Assembly: GCA_964016885.1 (NCBI GenBank)
Contig: CAXHJY010000907.1
Location: 10,843 to 74,842 of the forward strand
Origin: Eledone cirrhosa
Taxonomy: Eukaryota
Direction of reading: 5' to 3'
DNA length: 64,000 nucleotides
In this document: one piece after another, positions 24,474-38,245 of the stretch
Position numbering within the stretch: the first letter of the stretch is position 1
Layout of the letters: each line of letters opens with the position of its first letter
The notes under the pieces: model-generated
What the model was told of the DNA's origin: nothing
The model's database searches: none
Seen by the model: the letters and a program-made list of their open reading frames with translations, nothing else
Translations under genes and position numbers: made by a program

Positions 24474-25705
24474 TTAAACAACAAGAAAGTTAGTTATAAG
24501 TATCTACTTCCAAATTCTTGATTATTTAAAACACACAGGCAGTGTCTTTCATTAGTAATGTGGTAACTGCAAGGGTTAATGTTGGTCAATACAATATAGA
24601 TAACAACTAGAGCCCAATAGATATTTTACAGTTAAAATATAATGGGCCTCATATGTCATAGTTGCTTGCTTTTACTCCTGTCTTTAGATCCTGAAAGAAC
24701 AAACATGAGATATCTGTGTCAATGGCTATTCCAGACTTCCTCACACATCAACACACAATTACCTCTTTACTGCATTTTAATTGTGCTGGTTACTTGCCTT
24801 TTAATTACCTAAGATCAATCTGTTATTGAATAGCCATGCAACTACTTAATTTAAAGGTTGATAGACTTTGTTATCCACTAATTAGTAGCAATATTTATAT
24901 CTAGATACTCAGTGTTAAACATAGTTTTATGTATGATTTTACATGCTTGTTAGGTGACAAAGTCAGAAGCTTATCCTGATTTCATGCTTGTTAGGTGACT
25001 GAAAGTACAAGCACCATCATGACAGGTGCTCAGAGGGCAGTTGTTCAGAGACCAATGCAAATATATGTACACTGTGGTTGTGTATGTAGGAAACCCAGAA
25101 CACTGCTTTGCTCAAGGAGGAGAGGGGAGCTATGATATTATTAAAATGGGCCTGTTTCCCGGATGAGATGCCAGTACATTGTAGGGTTGAACCCTAGCTT
25201 CTGCTATTATTCATTTTCACCTGAGTAAACTTGAGCAACTTAAAATTCCCAGTCTGGAAATCAAATATGACCTTAATCTTGTAAATGCGACACACTAACA
25301 ACTAGGCCATGTTTAACGATTAAAACTTCATTGCTCTGCTACAACACTTACAATAAAATCACATTAACATCAACCACAGTCTTCCTTATTTTCATAACTG
25401 TTCAATGGATTATAGCATCTTACTCATTCTAACCTTTTTAGTACCATATCTCTCATGAAAATAATCAAGAATTTGGAAAAATTTAGAAAAATAAGAAAAT
25501 TTGTTGTTATTAAGCTGATATTTGGAATATAAAATTATGATGGAAGATTTTTAGATAAAACAATTTTACATTGTAGAATCATGGGGAGTTGGTATCAAAA
25601 GGATGAACTAGAGGAAGACAAACCATTTTGTCTTGTGAAAGCCTATTTTGTCTCATGAAATAAATCTAGGTCACTTATTTAATGTGAATCAATCAAACTC
25701 TAAAC

Positions 25706-25996
25706 CAGTCATAGGCACCCTGTGGCCCGCAGCCTGCAAAGCTTTCTGAAGGGGTCACCTAAGTGAAATCTTTCTGATTTTTTTTACCCCAACTTTTCAA
25801 TCGTAATTTATCTTTCTATCAGTTTTACTATCAAGGAAAACAACGTGTACGATATTCTGAAGAAACAAATCAAAACAACCTGAGTTACTGCCGTTTTTTT
25901 TAATGTGGGCACGAATGTAAATTAGCGCTTGTAGCCCACCTGATGATGAGCCATATCTAATGCGGCCCACTTCTCGAAAAAGGTTGCTCATGCCTG
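25706..25996. mobile_element. hAT (Charlie/Chap-like) MITE
   Basis: Exact 8-bp TSD CTCTAAAC at 25698-25705 and 25997-26004; ends cagtcataggca.. / ..ttgctcatgcctg; ggccc subterminal motifs. Confidence 0.9.
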
Positions 25997-26710
25997 CTCT
26001 AAACATAGACCCTCTTATAATTCATGAGTTAGCATTAGGAAACACATTCAATTGTAAAAATTAAAAAGTTTTGTTTTATTGGTCTCAATCATGACTGCTG
26101 TTTATTCTATAAAGTGTTTATATTTATCTAATATCGTTCATTGTATTTTTATAAGCTTGATAATGAGAAAACTAGTTATTTAATCCCTCCAAATTCTTGC
26201 TCATTTTCAAAATGATTTTAAAATTATAAACATTAGAAGTATGGCAATGGAAGATTTAAGGAGAACAAGTCTTAACTTGGCATAATACAAACATTTATAA
26301 GGAAGGAACAGTCTAGTGTACTGACACCAATATATTACTGCTACTGAATAAAGCATTCCAGTATTTAATGTATGTGTATGAACTTTCACAACAGTACATG
26401 GTATCATGATGTTTACTTGACTAAAAAAGCATGGGAATACTCCATGCAATGGATGTTGGGAGCAAATGTCTCAAACATGAACATTATTATATTTCTAATG
26501 AAAGAAACTGCTGATAATTTTCAAATAATTTTAAAAATATATTGTGTAGGGATTTTGTAATATAACTTTCTCATTACTTATTTAGTGCTTAGAACATAAC
26601 TTAAGTAAAAATTCTTACATGATTGAAGGGTTTTAATATAAACACTTTAAAACTTGTGTTATAGAATCAGGGCAGTTTCATGCAGTTTGGTATCAAAAGA
26701 GTTAATTTAA

Positions 26711-26899
26711 CCCTTTAGGATTTACATTACTCTATATATATTATTATATTTTCACAGTAAAGTTTTTACCTCACATAATATTGCATCTATGAGATTTTGA
26801 TATTATTTATGTTAAGAACAATACCTTAACTACAGCCAGTTTGAACAGAAAGAGGTGAGAGAATTCTGGCTGGGTACAGCCAGTTTAAATACTAAAAGG
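26711..26899 (+). mobile_element. piggyBac-like MITE family A abutting family B (26480-26705)
   Basis: TTAA flanks and conserved body. Confidence 0.85.
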
Positions 26900-26990
26900 T
26901 TAAGGAGAAAATTTTTCTTAATTTAAAATAATAAGAGTTGGTGTAGGGGAAGAACAGTTTAGTGAAGTGGCACCAATATATTACTGTTAC

Positions 26991-27110
26991 TTATTGAGTC
27001 ATAGACAATCTGAAGAGACCCGGAAAGCATTCCATTTATTTCAGTTAACTTGCTGCTGCACTCGGGCTTTCATTATTGATAAAGTCTACAAAGCCAAAGA
27101 GATTGTATTT
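26991..27110 (-). other. Weak candidate 120-nt exon
   Basis: cctttttttctccaatAG acceptor, weak GTAACA donor, retained CpGs in unique sequence. Confidence 0.3.
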
Positions 27111-27519
27111 CTATTGGAGAAAAAAAGGAAAAAAGTGGTGGAGAGAGAGATAGAGAGGCGGGGAGAGAATGAAGGAGAGTAGTCAATTTGCATAATATTT
27201 ACAGTTCACAAACAGAAATCACTTGAAACTATTGATCAGAAATATAAAGAGATGCGTAAGGTTGTTCATTACAAAGTTATGCCTACAATAAATAAAGCCA
27301 ATCTCTGAAATTATTTGGAACTATTTAAATTTCTTTAGCAAAAGAAAAAAAAATTCAATTTAACCATGGCATGAAATCTATTTTATTTCCTCAAACATAT
27401 CTCAGAGTGAGTCACCAACCACACTTCAAAAAGCATGCCATATTTCTTTCCATAGAATTTAAGAATTCTTCATGCTAAATAAGGGGTTTGGTTACTTGCC
27501 CATAAAGAAATAAAGCAAA

Positions 27520-27897
27520 CAAAACTAGTTTGTATAATAGCAGAATAAAAATTGAACTATTCCAAACCCTAGTTGAACCAATTCTATTGTATGGAGCTGA
27601 AACATTGGGCATTAATGGATGACCTACAAAAGCGATTGGATGGACATAAACCAGACTCCTTTGCAGAGCACAAAATAAACAATGGAGAGATGTGTCACCC
27701 TACAACAAATATACAAAAAGCTGAAGTCAATATTCAAGTAAACTCACTTTCCTAGATGTCATTGCACACAACTCAGGAATTGCCAACAATGATCTTGGAG
27801 TTGCAATGAATGATTGAGAGGTGTGGAAGTCGATCGTAATGTGAATCCCAACTGATTGAGATTGGTTGTTCAACCATGGTGAAGGATGATGATGATT
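27520..27897 (+). mobile_element. RTE/RTEX-like LINE 3' fragment
   Basis: VEPILLYGAETWALMDDLQKRLDG and (GAT)n tail at ~27886-27897. Confidence 0.7.
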
Positions 27898-28590
27898 ATA
27901 GTAATTTACTTGGAATGGACCTCTATCAGTTTTGACTGTGACTGTTACAATTGTTTGATCAACAGAACAGCCTGCTTGTGAAATTAATGTGTAAATGAGA
28001 TTGAACAGGACACAATGAGTGACAAAGCTAGCCCTTTGAATTACAAGTACAGCCCATCTGATAGGCTTTCAAATAGTTTCCATCCATCCAATTTTACTCA
28101 CCAGGCTTGGGTTGACTTGAGACTGTGGTAAATGTGACTTGCTCAAATGCCACACAGTGGGATTGAACCCAGGACCTAATGACTGCTAAGCAAACTACTT
28201 GGCTATCTGGCCATGCTGTGTCCACAGAAATTTACTTGGTATCTGACTAAAAAGTAAATAAACAAACATAGGTTTGTAATATGTACTTGTATAGGTTGTC
28301 AGTGAGATGGTTACCAGTTAAAAAGATGCAAAATATATTATTTTGTGTAATGTCTCCAGCCTGGTCTTAGCTTTGATAGCTATCCCTACACAAGAGCTAA
28401 ATAACTATAACATCTTATTAATAACAACAATGGTGAGTTAAGAGGGAAAAAAATTCATGAAAATACAATGGATGTAGTAAATCTTTATTGTGAATAGACG
28501 AGCTGGCAAGTTAATTAGCTACCTGCACATAGCTATATATACATATGTAGCTATACACCTCTACATCGACACACACAGCTATACTGTTAC

Positions 28591-28627
<37 letters not shown>

Positions 28628-29899
28628 ACAAACACAGCTTTACTCCCACACATCCTATTTATACATATACACAGCCTGTGCTCCCATATATCTATCTCAA
28701 CACATACACACATACATATAGCCATACACCCATACATCAATGTTGAGAAGAGAGGAGGTGGCTACAGTGGTTCAAACATGTAATGCTGTCTGTCTATCAG
28801 TAGATGACATATGGTAGGTGTTGTGAGTTGGTGGAATGTCTCACACTAGCAGAAGACCAAGGAAAACTGGAATACAAATACTGAATATACTCATAAGTTG
28901 AATACCTCCTCCTGTTTATAATATTTCGGCTTTAGGCTTTGATCCATACATAAGTCACATGCTGCTTTTCATAGATACTATTTACTGCTGGTGCCACAAT
29001 AAAATGCACCCAATCCACTAGTGGTAGGTGTTATGAACATGTGAGCAGGACATGGTCATCCAACCTGTGTAATTCCAATACATGACAACTCATCCAAACC
29101 ATGCATGTATATATACACACACACATTATATATATATATGTATGTATATCATCATCATCACTGTTCAACATCCATTTTTCCATGCTGGCATGGGTTAGAC
29201 AAGTTATCCTGTTGTGAGCAATACCAGGTCAGGTGACTATGTCTTGCTCAATATATATATATATATATATATAGGAGGGGTGTTTGTTACCATTTCTGTG
29301 TTCAGTATTATGAATGTTGTATTAAAAAAAAAAACAATTTAATCATTCAATAAATATAGATCAGATTGAAATAGGTATTGATAGTGGTTGATATAATTGC
29401 CTACAACTGCTGAAGGTGGTGCTGCTGCATGGCCACAGACCAATAATTGAAACTAGTAAATAAGAATATATGTTTTACAGAGAGAGGGAGAGAGAGAGCT
29501 GCATGCATGTAATTTCAACAGCTAAATGTATTGATTAAATTGTTGCCCTAGTTGCCATGTAATGTTGACAAAAATACACCATCATATAATATTTTGTCTC
29601 ACCATTAAAATGGGTGAACTATGTTTCATAGACACTCATATCTAGTGAGGGGGAGAGAGAGAGAGTGAGAAAGAGAGTAGTGAATAAACTTTACGCTTCA
29701 GTTCTACTTTAATTTGTATCAAGGCTTTTTCTTTGTATTAATTGAAAAGGTGAGTTTCTAAGGATTGAGAAAAAATGGTAACTGGTTTCAATATATCTTG
29801 AAATGACAATATTAGCTGGACTTCTGTACATTTTAACATTTCTACAATAACCAGGTTACACACACACACACACACACATACATACAAGTTTATTGTAGA

Positions 29900-30290
29900 C
29901 TTATCCATGTGCAAGCTGGAGAGAAATGAAGCAAGCATGCTTCAATGGATGTGCAATGTTAATGTAAGAGAAAGACAGAGCTTGGATGAACTAAATGAAA
30001 AACTAGGTATGAGGAATCAAAAGTAGTGTGCAAGAGAGAAGATTGCATTGGTATGGACATGTGATATGTGATACACATGGTTGGTGATTGCTCAGTAAAG
30101 AAGTCTCAGTGGAAATAAACTGCAGAGAAGGAAGGTCAATGAAAACTTGAGCAGAGGTGGTGAGAGATCTCAAATCTCTGAAACTCACAGTGGAGATGAT
30201 AAACGATTGCTATATATGGAGAAATGCTGTGCTGAAGAGAACCAATCCAACCCATGCAAGTGTGGAAAAATGGACGTAAAAATTATGACA
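29900..30290 (+). mobile_element. RTE LINE 3' fragment with short 3' UTR
   Basis: KLERNEASMLQWMCNVNV...VQERRLHWYGHV, then ccaacccatgcaag..ggacgtaaa tail; the mariner is inserted at its tail. Confidence 0.85.
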
Positions 30291-30294
30291 TATA

Positions 30295-31605
30295 CAGGGG
30301 GGGGGGGGGGGGGGGAAATCAAAAAGTTCGCGGAATTTTATCATAGTAAGAAAAAAAATAGATTAAAACAATATTAAACATGTCAGAACATTGTCACTGG
30401 GTTTTTACCTTGCTATTAGTCATTTGCAGTCAGTTATGCGTGGACTATTGTACAGTACTGACACTCTTTAAAAAACCTCTTTTTGGAACAATGGAAAATA
30501 GTTATTTTGAGATAAGATCGAATATCAAGTTTCTGGTGAAACTCAAATGGAAAGGGACACAGATTATGGAGTTTTTAGTTAAAGTTTACAGTACTAGTGC
30601 TCCAAAGAAAACTGCTGTCTACAAGTGGATTCAGCGATTCAAACAAGGGAGAAACGACTTTGAAGACGACCATCACAGTGGAAGACTAGGAACATAAAAA
30701 AATGACAAAAACGTTGAGGCTGCTCAGACTTTAATTGAAGAAGATCGAAGAATAACAGTTAATCAGTTAGCTAAGTTCCTAGACATTTCATATGGTTTGG
30801 CAAATTCAATTCTGCATGATAATTTGGGACTAAGCAAGCTTTCAGCGCGATGGGTCCCAAAAGCGTTGCGCCCTGATCAGCTGATTCTTTGACGATATTA
30901 AACAAAATTGAAGTTGATGAAGAGCATTTCCTGACCAGAATCATCACCGGAGATGGAACCTGGATCTACCAGTATGATGCTGAATCCAAACAGCAGTCAA
31001 AACAGTGGCTTCCACGTGGATCATTGGGGCCAATCAAGTTCAAATCTCAAAAGTCGGATCAAAAAGTGATGGCCACCATTTTCTGGGATTCAGATGGGGT
31101 GATACTAATAGATTATCTTGAAGGTCAAAGAACTGTGACAGGAGCTTACTATGCAAATGTTTTAAGGGAGCTGAAAGAGGCTTTAGTCAAGAAATGAAAA
31201 GCGAAACTTCATGGTGGGATCTCGTTTCACCATGACAATCCACCAGCGCATTCTGCGTGGGTTGCAAAAGAAGTTCTTCGAGAATTTCGATGGGAAGTGC
31301 TTCCTCACCCGCCTTATAGTCCAGATTTAGCCCCATCAGACTTTTTCCTCTTTCCAAAACTCAAAGAAATGCTAAAAGGAACCCGTTTTAGTGGTGTTGA
31401 AGAAGCTAAAAACACTGCCAACACATGGCTTCGAACAAGGCCTTCAACTTTCTTTAGAGACGGCTTACGAAGCTGGAAGCATCGCCTTGTCAAGTGTATT
31501 GACCTGGATAGCAACTATGTAGAAAAATAAATTGATGGTAAATCATATTTTTTGAAAAATAGAATATTTTCTGAAAAATTCCGCGAACTTTTTGATCCCC
31601 CCTCG
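30295..31605 (+). mobile_element. Full-length mariner DNA transposon (DD34D, irritans/Hsmar2-like), decayed
   Basis: TIRs cag(G)n..aatcaaaaagttcgcggaatttt / aaaattccgcgaactttttgatcccccctcg; TA duplication at 30293-30294 and 31606-31607; ~1.3 kb; internal transposase. Confidence 0.96.
30491..31530 (+). pseudogene. Mariner transposase pseudogene
   Basis: MENSYFEIRSNIKFLVK HTH N-terminus, ARWVPK, ITGDGTW, HHDN and HPPYSPDLAPSDFFLFPKLK motifs; premature stops at 30695-30697 and 31195-31197 and a frameshift/deletion near 30885. Confidence 0.95.
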
Positions 31606-31942
31606 TATATATCATCATCATTTCATTTTACGTCCGCTTTTCCCTGCTTGCAAGGGTGGGACGGGAACTGATTCTGGCTTGATTTCTACAGATGGATGCC
31701 CTTCCTAACACCAACCTCATTTACAGTGAGTGCTGGGTGCTTTTTGCCGTGGCACCTACACGCCCACTTTGCAGTGGAATGATAGGGACCCCGGTCCCTA
31801 TCATCTTATTTCTACAGCTGAGTAAACTAGAGCAATGTGTAATAAAGTGTCTTGCTCAAGGAAACAACACATCACCCGGTCTGAGAATTGAACTCACAAC
31901 CTTTCGATTGCAAGGCCAATGCTCTAACCACTAAGCCATGTG

Positions 31943-32062
<120 letters not shown>

Positions 32063-33505
32063 AGTGTACATTTAAACATGGATACATACATGTGTCCACA
32101 GTGTAATGTGGTTTGGGATTAGGAAAGGCACTTAGCTGTAGAAACTAAGCCAAAATATAGATCTGAAAGAGCAAGATGTAGTCACCTGATTCGACTTGTC
32201 TCATAACGAGACAACCTACCTAACCCATGCAAACATGGAGTAACTGATGTTGGACAATGATGATGTCTATTGTAGGTTTATCTAATCAATATCATCTACA
32301 TAACTCATGCAAGCATGGAAAAATGGATGTAAAAACAATGATGATGGTGATATATAATACACCCTATAAGGTGGTTGGTGATTGGAATGGCATCCACTTG
32401 TAGAAAACTTGCCAAACAAAGGGTGGAGAGAACTCTTCAGCTGTATGAAAGATATGACAACTTCCCCAGTGCTGGTGCTGCAATAAGGTGTACCTGGTGC
32501 ACTCATTATAGTTTGGCAACATATATAAGCAAGATTCAGGTCTACAGTTCTTCTGAGAAGTCATTAAATTCAACTAAATACTGAATTGGTCTGTGAAAAC
32601 CCATCCAACTCTTTCTAACAGGGAAAACGGATGTTAAATGATGATTATGATGATACGTACAGATGTATGTATGTGTTCAAATATGGATTCATTTGAGAAT
32701 TTGCATGTACTGGATTTTTAAGTCCCCACTGCACCCCACCCACCACCCAAAAAGAAGTTTTTAAAAACCATGCTAATGGAAAAATGGATGATGTGTGTGT
32801 GTATATATATATTGAAGAAACGTGAGTGTAAGGGAAGCTGAGCTAGAAAAACTCATTCAACACATGCAAAAAATGGGAGTATGATAATGATGATATATGC
32901 AAATGTTATTGATAGAATAGGTTTAAATCTTAATAAAATTTGCATACATATATATAGTGGTTGAGTAAAGCAAATTTGAAAGGTATGCATCCAAATGCAA
33001 ATGACCATAATAATAGTTAATCAATATAAAAGATAGTTGAGAAAAACGGGTAAAGTACCCCTGGTGATGGAGTGAATAGAAGTGTCTGCAACTAAATTTT
33101 TCCATATTCAGAGGTTATTTTCTGAACTAAAATTTATAGTGATTGATTATGGTAATTTGTATTGGGACGCACACTTTTCAAATATCTATCTATACATATA
33201 TAGATAGATAGATAGATAGATAGATGAGTACATTTTTTTTAATAGACTTCTACCACAAACAAAAGACTTCAAAAACAAGTAAAATTTTTGAAGTGAGCTA
33301 AATGGTAAATTGTGAATTTTACAAAATATTTTGGAGTTGTACTTGTCTAGCAAGTGAGTAAAGCAATTATAGTGTGGAAGAACCATTTTAGTCTTAGCCA
33401 CAGTGGTACTTATTTGGCAAGAGATTTGATCTGAAACTAAAGCATTTACAGCATGGTCATTTTGAAACAGGCAGAAAAAAACAAAAAAACAAAGTTAAAT
33501 TTACC

Positions 33506-33650
33506 TTAGATTTATCATGTATATTTTTTTGTGTCAAAATGTTCCTCACACTGTTTGTAACCTGGTCACTGACATGGCACAGTTGCAGTGGAACAGTATC
33601 AGTGATCAATGACAAAAATGTTGACACCAAGAAATATATGATAAATCAAA
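33506..33650. repeat. Imperfect palindrome / old foldback element
   Basis: gatttatcatgtatattt..tgtcaa / ttgaca..aaatatatgataaatc. Confidence 0.65.
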
Positions 33651-34464
33651 GTGAGCTTAATAGTTTGTGAATGGCTAAACTAAAATGATTCTTTCAAAAT
33701 AATATTTCATATCTCAAAGGTTACCATCCAGATCTAAAAGTTATTAATTACAGTAATTAAAAAAACAAACACCAAAAACAAATTACAAGAACTTTTAAAT
33801 GAGATATACTCTACAACAAAAATAGTTCATTAAAAGAACTTGATTTTTTTTTTTTTTTAATCACAACATTGTAATAAAAGATATTTAAATGTTTAAAGTA
33901 ACTATGTACTCATATGTACTTTTCTTTTTAGTTAAGAGAAAATATAACATCAAGAACAACAACAACATAAACATGAAAAATAATATTAATTCCGAAGTTC
34001 ATGTTTAATTAACTGCCTCAGAAGGAGAAAAAATTGCATTTATGTAATTACATTTCATCAAATTTTCTATGGCGAAACTGAGAATGTAATGGTAAGTGAG
34101 CAAGGTTGTGTTCAAGTATTTCTCCAACAATTTCTTGTTTGAATTGATAAAATTACAAAAGGTTTTCTAATTAGCAAAGCAACCAGCCCACACTGTAAAG
34201 TGATTGTGTAGTTGCCATGACAAAAAGCACCCAGTACACACTGTAAAGTGGTTGTGTAACTGCCATGATAAAAAACACTCAGTACACACTGTAAATGTGG
34301 TTGGCATTGGTAAAAGGTATCCAGCTGTAGAAACCAAGTCAAAATCAGTTCTGTAAGAGCAAGACATGGTCATCTGATCTGGCTTGTCTCACAACAGGAC
34401 AACTCATCTAACCCATGCTAGCATGGTAAAATGGATGTTAAAAACGGTGATAATGATGATGTAT

Positions 34465-35225
34465 GAGTAGACCCCTGTACTGGGCATTTGTGGATCTGGA
34501 GAGAATCTTTCATGAGGTTCCCTACTCTTATTTAGTGAGCACTAGGGAAGCTTGGTGTGGACAAAAGGATCATGTGTGGAAGCAGGGTGTGAGTTAGCAG
34601 TGAGAATGATGATGAATTTGAAGTCCTCAGTCCACTTGTTTATTATTGTTCTGCAGGCTATGATGGGGGAGTTTGGAACAGGCATTGTGGGAGCTTATGT
34701 GTGCTGATCATCTGGCTCTTATAATTGAATTTGTGTAGAGTTGGAAGCAAAATTACAGACATGGAGGAGGAATCTGGACTTAAGGGGGTTGACAGTAAGC
34801 TAGGCAAAAACTAAGGCCTTGGTACATGGGAAGGATGATAGGAATCTGATTCCATCAAGTGAGTCACCTTGTTTATTATGATGAAGAGAAGCAGTAGTTC
34901 CATAAGGTGCACATGAAATGTAATAGAATTACAAACAGGTTGACAGAGAAGATAGACTGTGTGCAGCTGATGCCCAGAGGAAGTTCGCATACATTTTTTC
35001 AATTGCCCAGGAGATACTTAAGAGGTTATTGCCAGATTTTGTTGCCTGGATGATCTAGTCGGCAATATATAGAGAGTGGAGAATGCTCTAAAAGTGTGGT
35101 AGCTGGAGGTTCGGAGAACTAATGCCTCTGTTGACAATGCGGGGGGAGGGGAGTTTAGTTGCATGAATGTGAATGTGGAGCAGAAGCTTAATTTTGCATC
35201 TCTTCTCAGAAAAAAATAATATAGC
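34465..35225 (+). mobile_element. Highly degenerate RTE reverse-transcriptase fragment
   Basis: Remnants of AFVDLE, ALGKLGVD, LSPLxFIIVLQ, ADHLAL and FCCLDD similar to the 20500-21200 copy. Confidence 0.75.
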
Positions 35226-35322
35226 TGCATGATAAGAGCTTGTGATTTAGTCCCCAACAATGTACTTCACTTCTATGAACCACTTCAAAAACACAGGAGT
35301 TCTAACAATAAAAGACACTTAC

Positions 35323-35453
35323 CACTATGTTGCCAGAGCCCTCCGCAAAATGCAGACACACTCAGGTAAAATCCAATTTAAGAGATTATTTCTTGATATT
35401 GAAGGTTTATTAAGTCTAAATTTAAATAACATAGGCCCACATTTTGACTGCTG
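35323..35453 (-). other. Candidate 131-nt non-coding/poison exon
   Basis: ttattttctgtttctttcAG acceptor (CAGCAGCAG), GTG|GTAAGT donor; stops in all three frames. Confidence 0.6.
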
Positions 35454-35496
35454 CTGAAAGAAACAGAAAATAAGGAAGGTAAAATATAGCTTATAG

Positions 35497-35795
35497 GAAA
35501 ATGTACATACATCTTACAATTTATATGAAAATATAGATACATCTTACAATTTATATGAAAATATACATACATCTTACAATTTATATGAAAATATACATAC
35601 ATCTTACAATTTATATGAAAATATACATACATCTTATAGTTTATATGAAAATACACATACATTTTACAGTTTATATGAAAATATACATTCATCCTACAGT
35701 TTATATGAAAATATTCTATATATATTACAGTTTATATGAAAATATTCATACGTACATATAGTATATATAAAAATATTCTATACATATTATAATCT
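35497..35795. repeat. 30-bp minisatellite, ~9-10 units
   Basis: Unit gaaaatatacatacatcttacaatttatat, progressively degenerating rightwards. Confidence 0.95.
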
Positions 35796-35984
35796 ATATC
35801 AGTGGAAGAATTTAAGAGGTCCACACTAAAAAAAAAATAAGTAAATTGGGGGTCCACAGTAGTATTTTAGTAGTTCATAAGAAAGTATCTTCATCTTTAG
35901 AGAAAGAAAACAAAACAAAGCAATTGGGCATAGAATTCCCTAGGGAATTAGAAACCAAAAGAAATGATATATATGCATGCGCGT

Positions 35985-36017
<33 letters not shown>

Positions 36018-37184
36018 ATTTCCCCCTTTGGGGAACATACACACCTCAAATATATATTTGTATTATATATATAAGCAATGGTGTTGGTGGTGGAAATAAA
36101 ATAGTGGTTAGTTCTACAGCCAATGTCTCTAGGGAAAATAATTTGGAGATGGAATTCTAGTACAGATTGGTCCTGTAACTCCTGGGAGAGGGCATTTCTT
36201 TAAACCTGGCAGAGCCCATCACCTCTACAGATCTGAATACAGCAGAATTCTTTCAGAGAAGGAAAGGCTGATAGATTGGAAGCGAGAAAGAGATATAGAG
36301 GAATAATCAACCCCAGTATTGAACTGGTACTTTTTTTTATCAACCTTGAAAGGATGAAGGGTAAAGTTAACCCCGGTGGGATTTGAACTCAACAATGCAG
36401 AGAGTCAGAAAAATACCCTAAAGTATTATCTAACATTCTAATAACTCACTCCACACACACATATATATATATATTTATATATAAAGTCCGCAACCTGAGA
36501 CTGGGGAATACTCTGTGCATGAGAAGAAGCTATATACATGCACATAAACATCAATTTGATAATTCAAATGTTTATAGTATCTTTATGGATGGATAGATCA
36601 GTTTGAAAATCTGCAGTAAACTAAAGTAAAAACTTCAATTTTTAATGTGATGCAGTTATAGTGATGTTTTACACTATTCAAGAAGGTATTACTAATGTGG
36701 TTTTCTGTGGCACTGGATGTTAAGAGTTAAATGAATATAGAAGTAATTTATTTAGTACAATAAATAATCAAAACCTGAAAGAGTAATACACATGTTAAGA
36801 TAATATTAAATCAAAATAACTGAAAAAGATTATTCCAACTGCTCATTTGAAATCCAAATGGGTCATTTTTAACCATAATAGAATCCCTGTAACTTACACT
36901 GGGTGTAACTACATTATCTCAACTGTAAAAATCTGCTTGCAGCAAGCACAGCATAATCATGGCCTAGAAAGCTAGCTCATAATAGAAGAAAAGAAACAAG
37001 ACATATATACACAGTTTTAAAGATTTGACAGAATATAATGAATACTTTTAAGTCTAACACTACCCACCATACTTCTCTTGCTTTGAAATTATATACAATT
37101 TCTTTATGTAAAATGAGAAGACAAAGATGTAGAAGGGAGAAAGAGCTTCAAAGATATTTCCTGGTAACTTTGTGTAGATGTAAT

Positions 37185-37430
37185 TAAACCATTTCATACC
37201 AACCAGTCTGAAACCACCCCCAGTTCTATGAAACTAAGCAGTTTATTTTAATGTGTTTGGATTTATCTAAAATCTTTCCATCATAATTCTTCATAAGAAA
37301 AAAGCCTTTCTTAAGTTATGCTCCAAACACTATCTTAATAATAAGAAAGTTATATTATTAAACCCCTTTCAAAATGATTTGATAATGATAGGCAGAGTCT
37401 TTCATAAGAATATGATAACAGAAGGGTTAA
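37185..37430 (-). mobile_element. TTAA MITE family B
   Basis: ttaaaccatttcatacc...gataacagaagggttaa. Confidence 0.8.
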
Positions 37431-37806
37431 TCTGAAAACGTGTATAAGTTACATCTAAATTATTCCAAAGAACTAAAATGTGATTCAATATTTATAGGGA
37501 ATAAATATAAAAGTAATTAAAGTAAATTGAATATGACAAATACTGCTAAATATAGCTCTGAATATATTTTTATAACTTCAGTGTTTTCTTATCTAAATTT
37601 AGATATTTTAACAAAAAAGCATAAAATATAAATATAAGTTTCATAATTAGGCTTTCCCAGAATTTGAACATACTTTTTAATTAATGCTGCTAAAATGAAC
37701 TAATAACCCAAGCTAACATGGAGAAATGGATGTTAAACGACGATGATGATGGTGAAGGAATGAATTGTCAAAGTTACACAAGCCAAACTTGGAGCATCTT
37801 TTCTAA

Positions 37807-38245
37807 TTAACACTTTGATTGTCATATTTCTAATGAGACACTGCATATGATTTTAAAATAATTTGGAAAATAATCAATTTGGAGGGATTTAATAATTTAA
37901 CTAACTTTCTCATTATTAAGTTCATGTTTGGAACATAATTTAAATGTGCTTATATGAAATTATGATTGAAGGTTTTTAAATAAATATGAATGCATTAACC
38001 CTTTAATAACACAGTTCTAACGAAAGACATTGCCTATGATTTAGAATAATTTTGAAAATAATCACGAGTTTGGAGTGGTTTAGTAATAATATTACTAACT
38101 TCCTCATTGTTACGTTTGTGTTCAGAATATAAGTTAACAAAGATTTTGATATAAAATTAAGAGGAGAGGTTTTTCGAAAAATATAAACACTTCAATGCAA
38201 ACAGTTTTGTATTAGAGAAACAAGGAGTTTCATGTGGTTTGGTTA
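37807..38245 (+). mobile_element. Family B MITE followed by or nested with a second family B copy (from TTAA at 37996)
   Basis: Consensus restarts at ttaaccctttaataac. Confidence 0.75.

Noticed and set aside
35378-35761. ORFs with MYVYFHINCK repeats; CRISPR-like periodicity
   Set aside because: Head-to-tail 30-bp minisatellite without unique spacers, in a eukaryotic context
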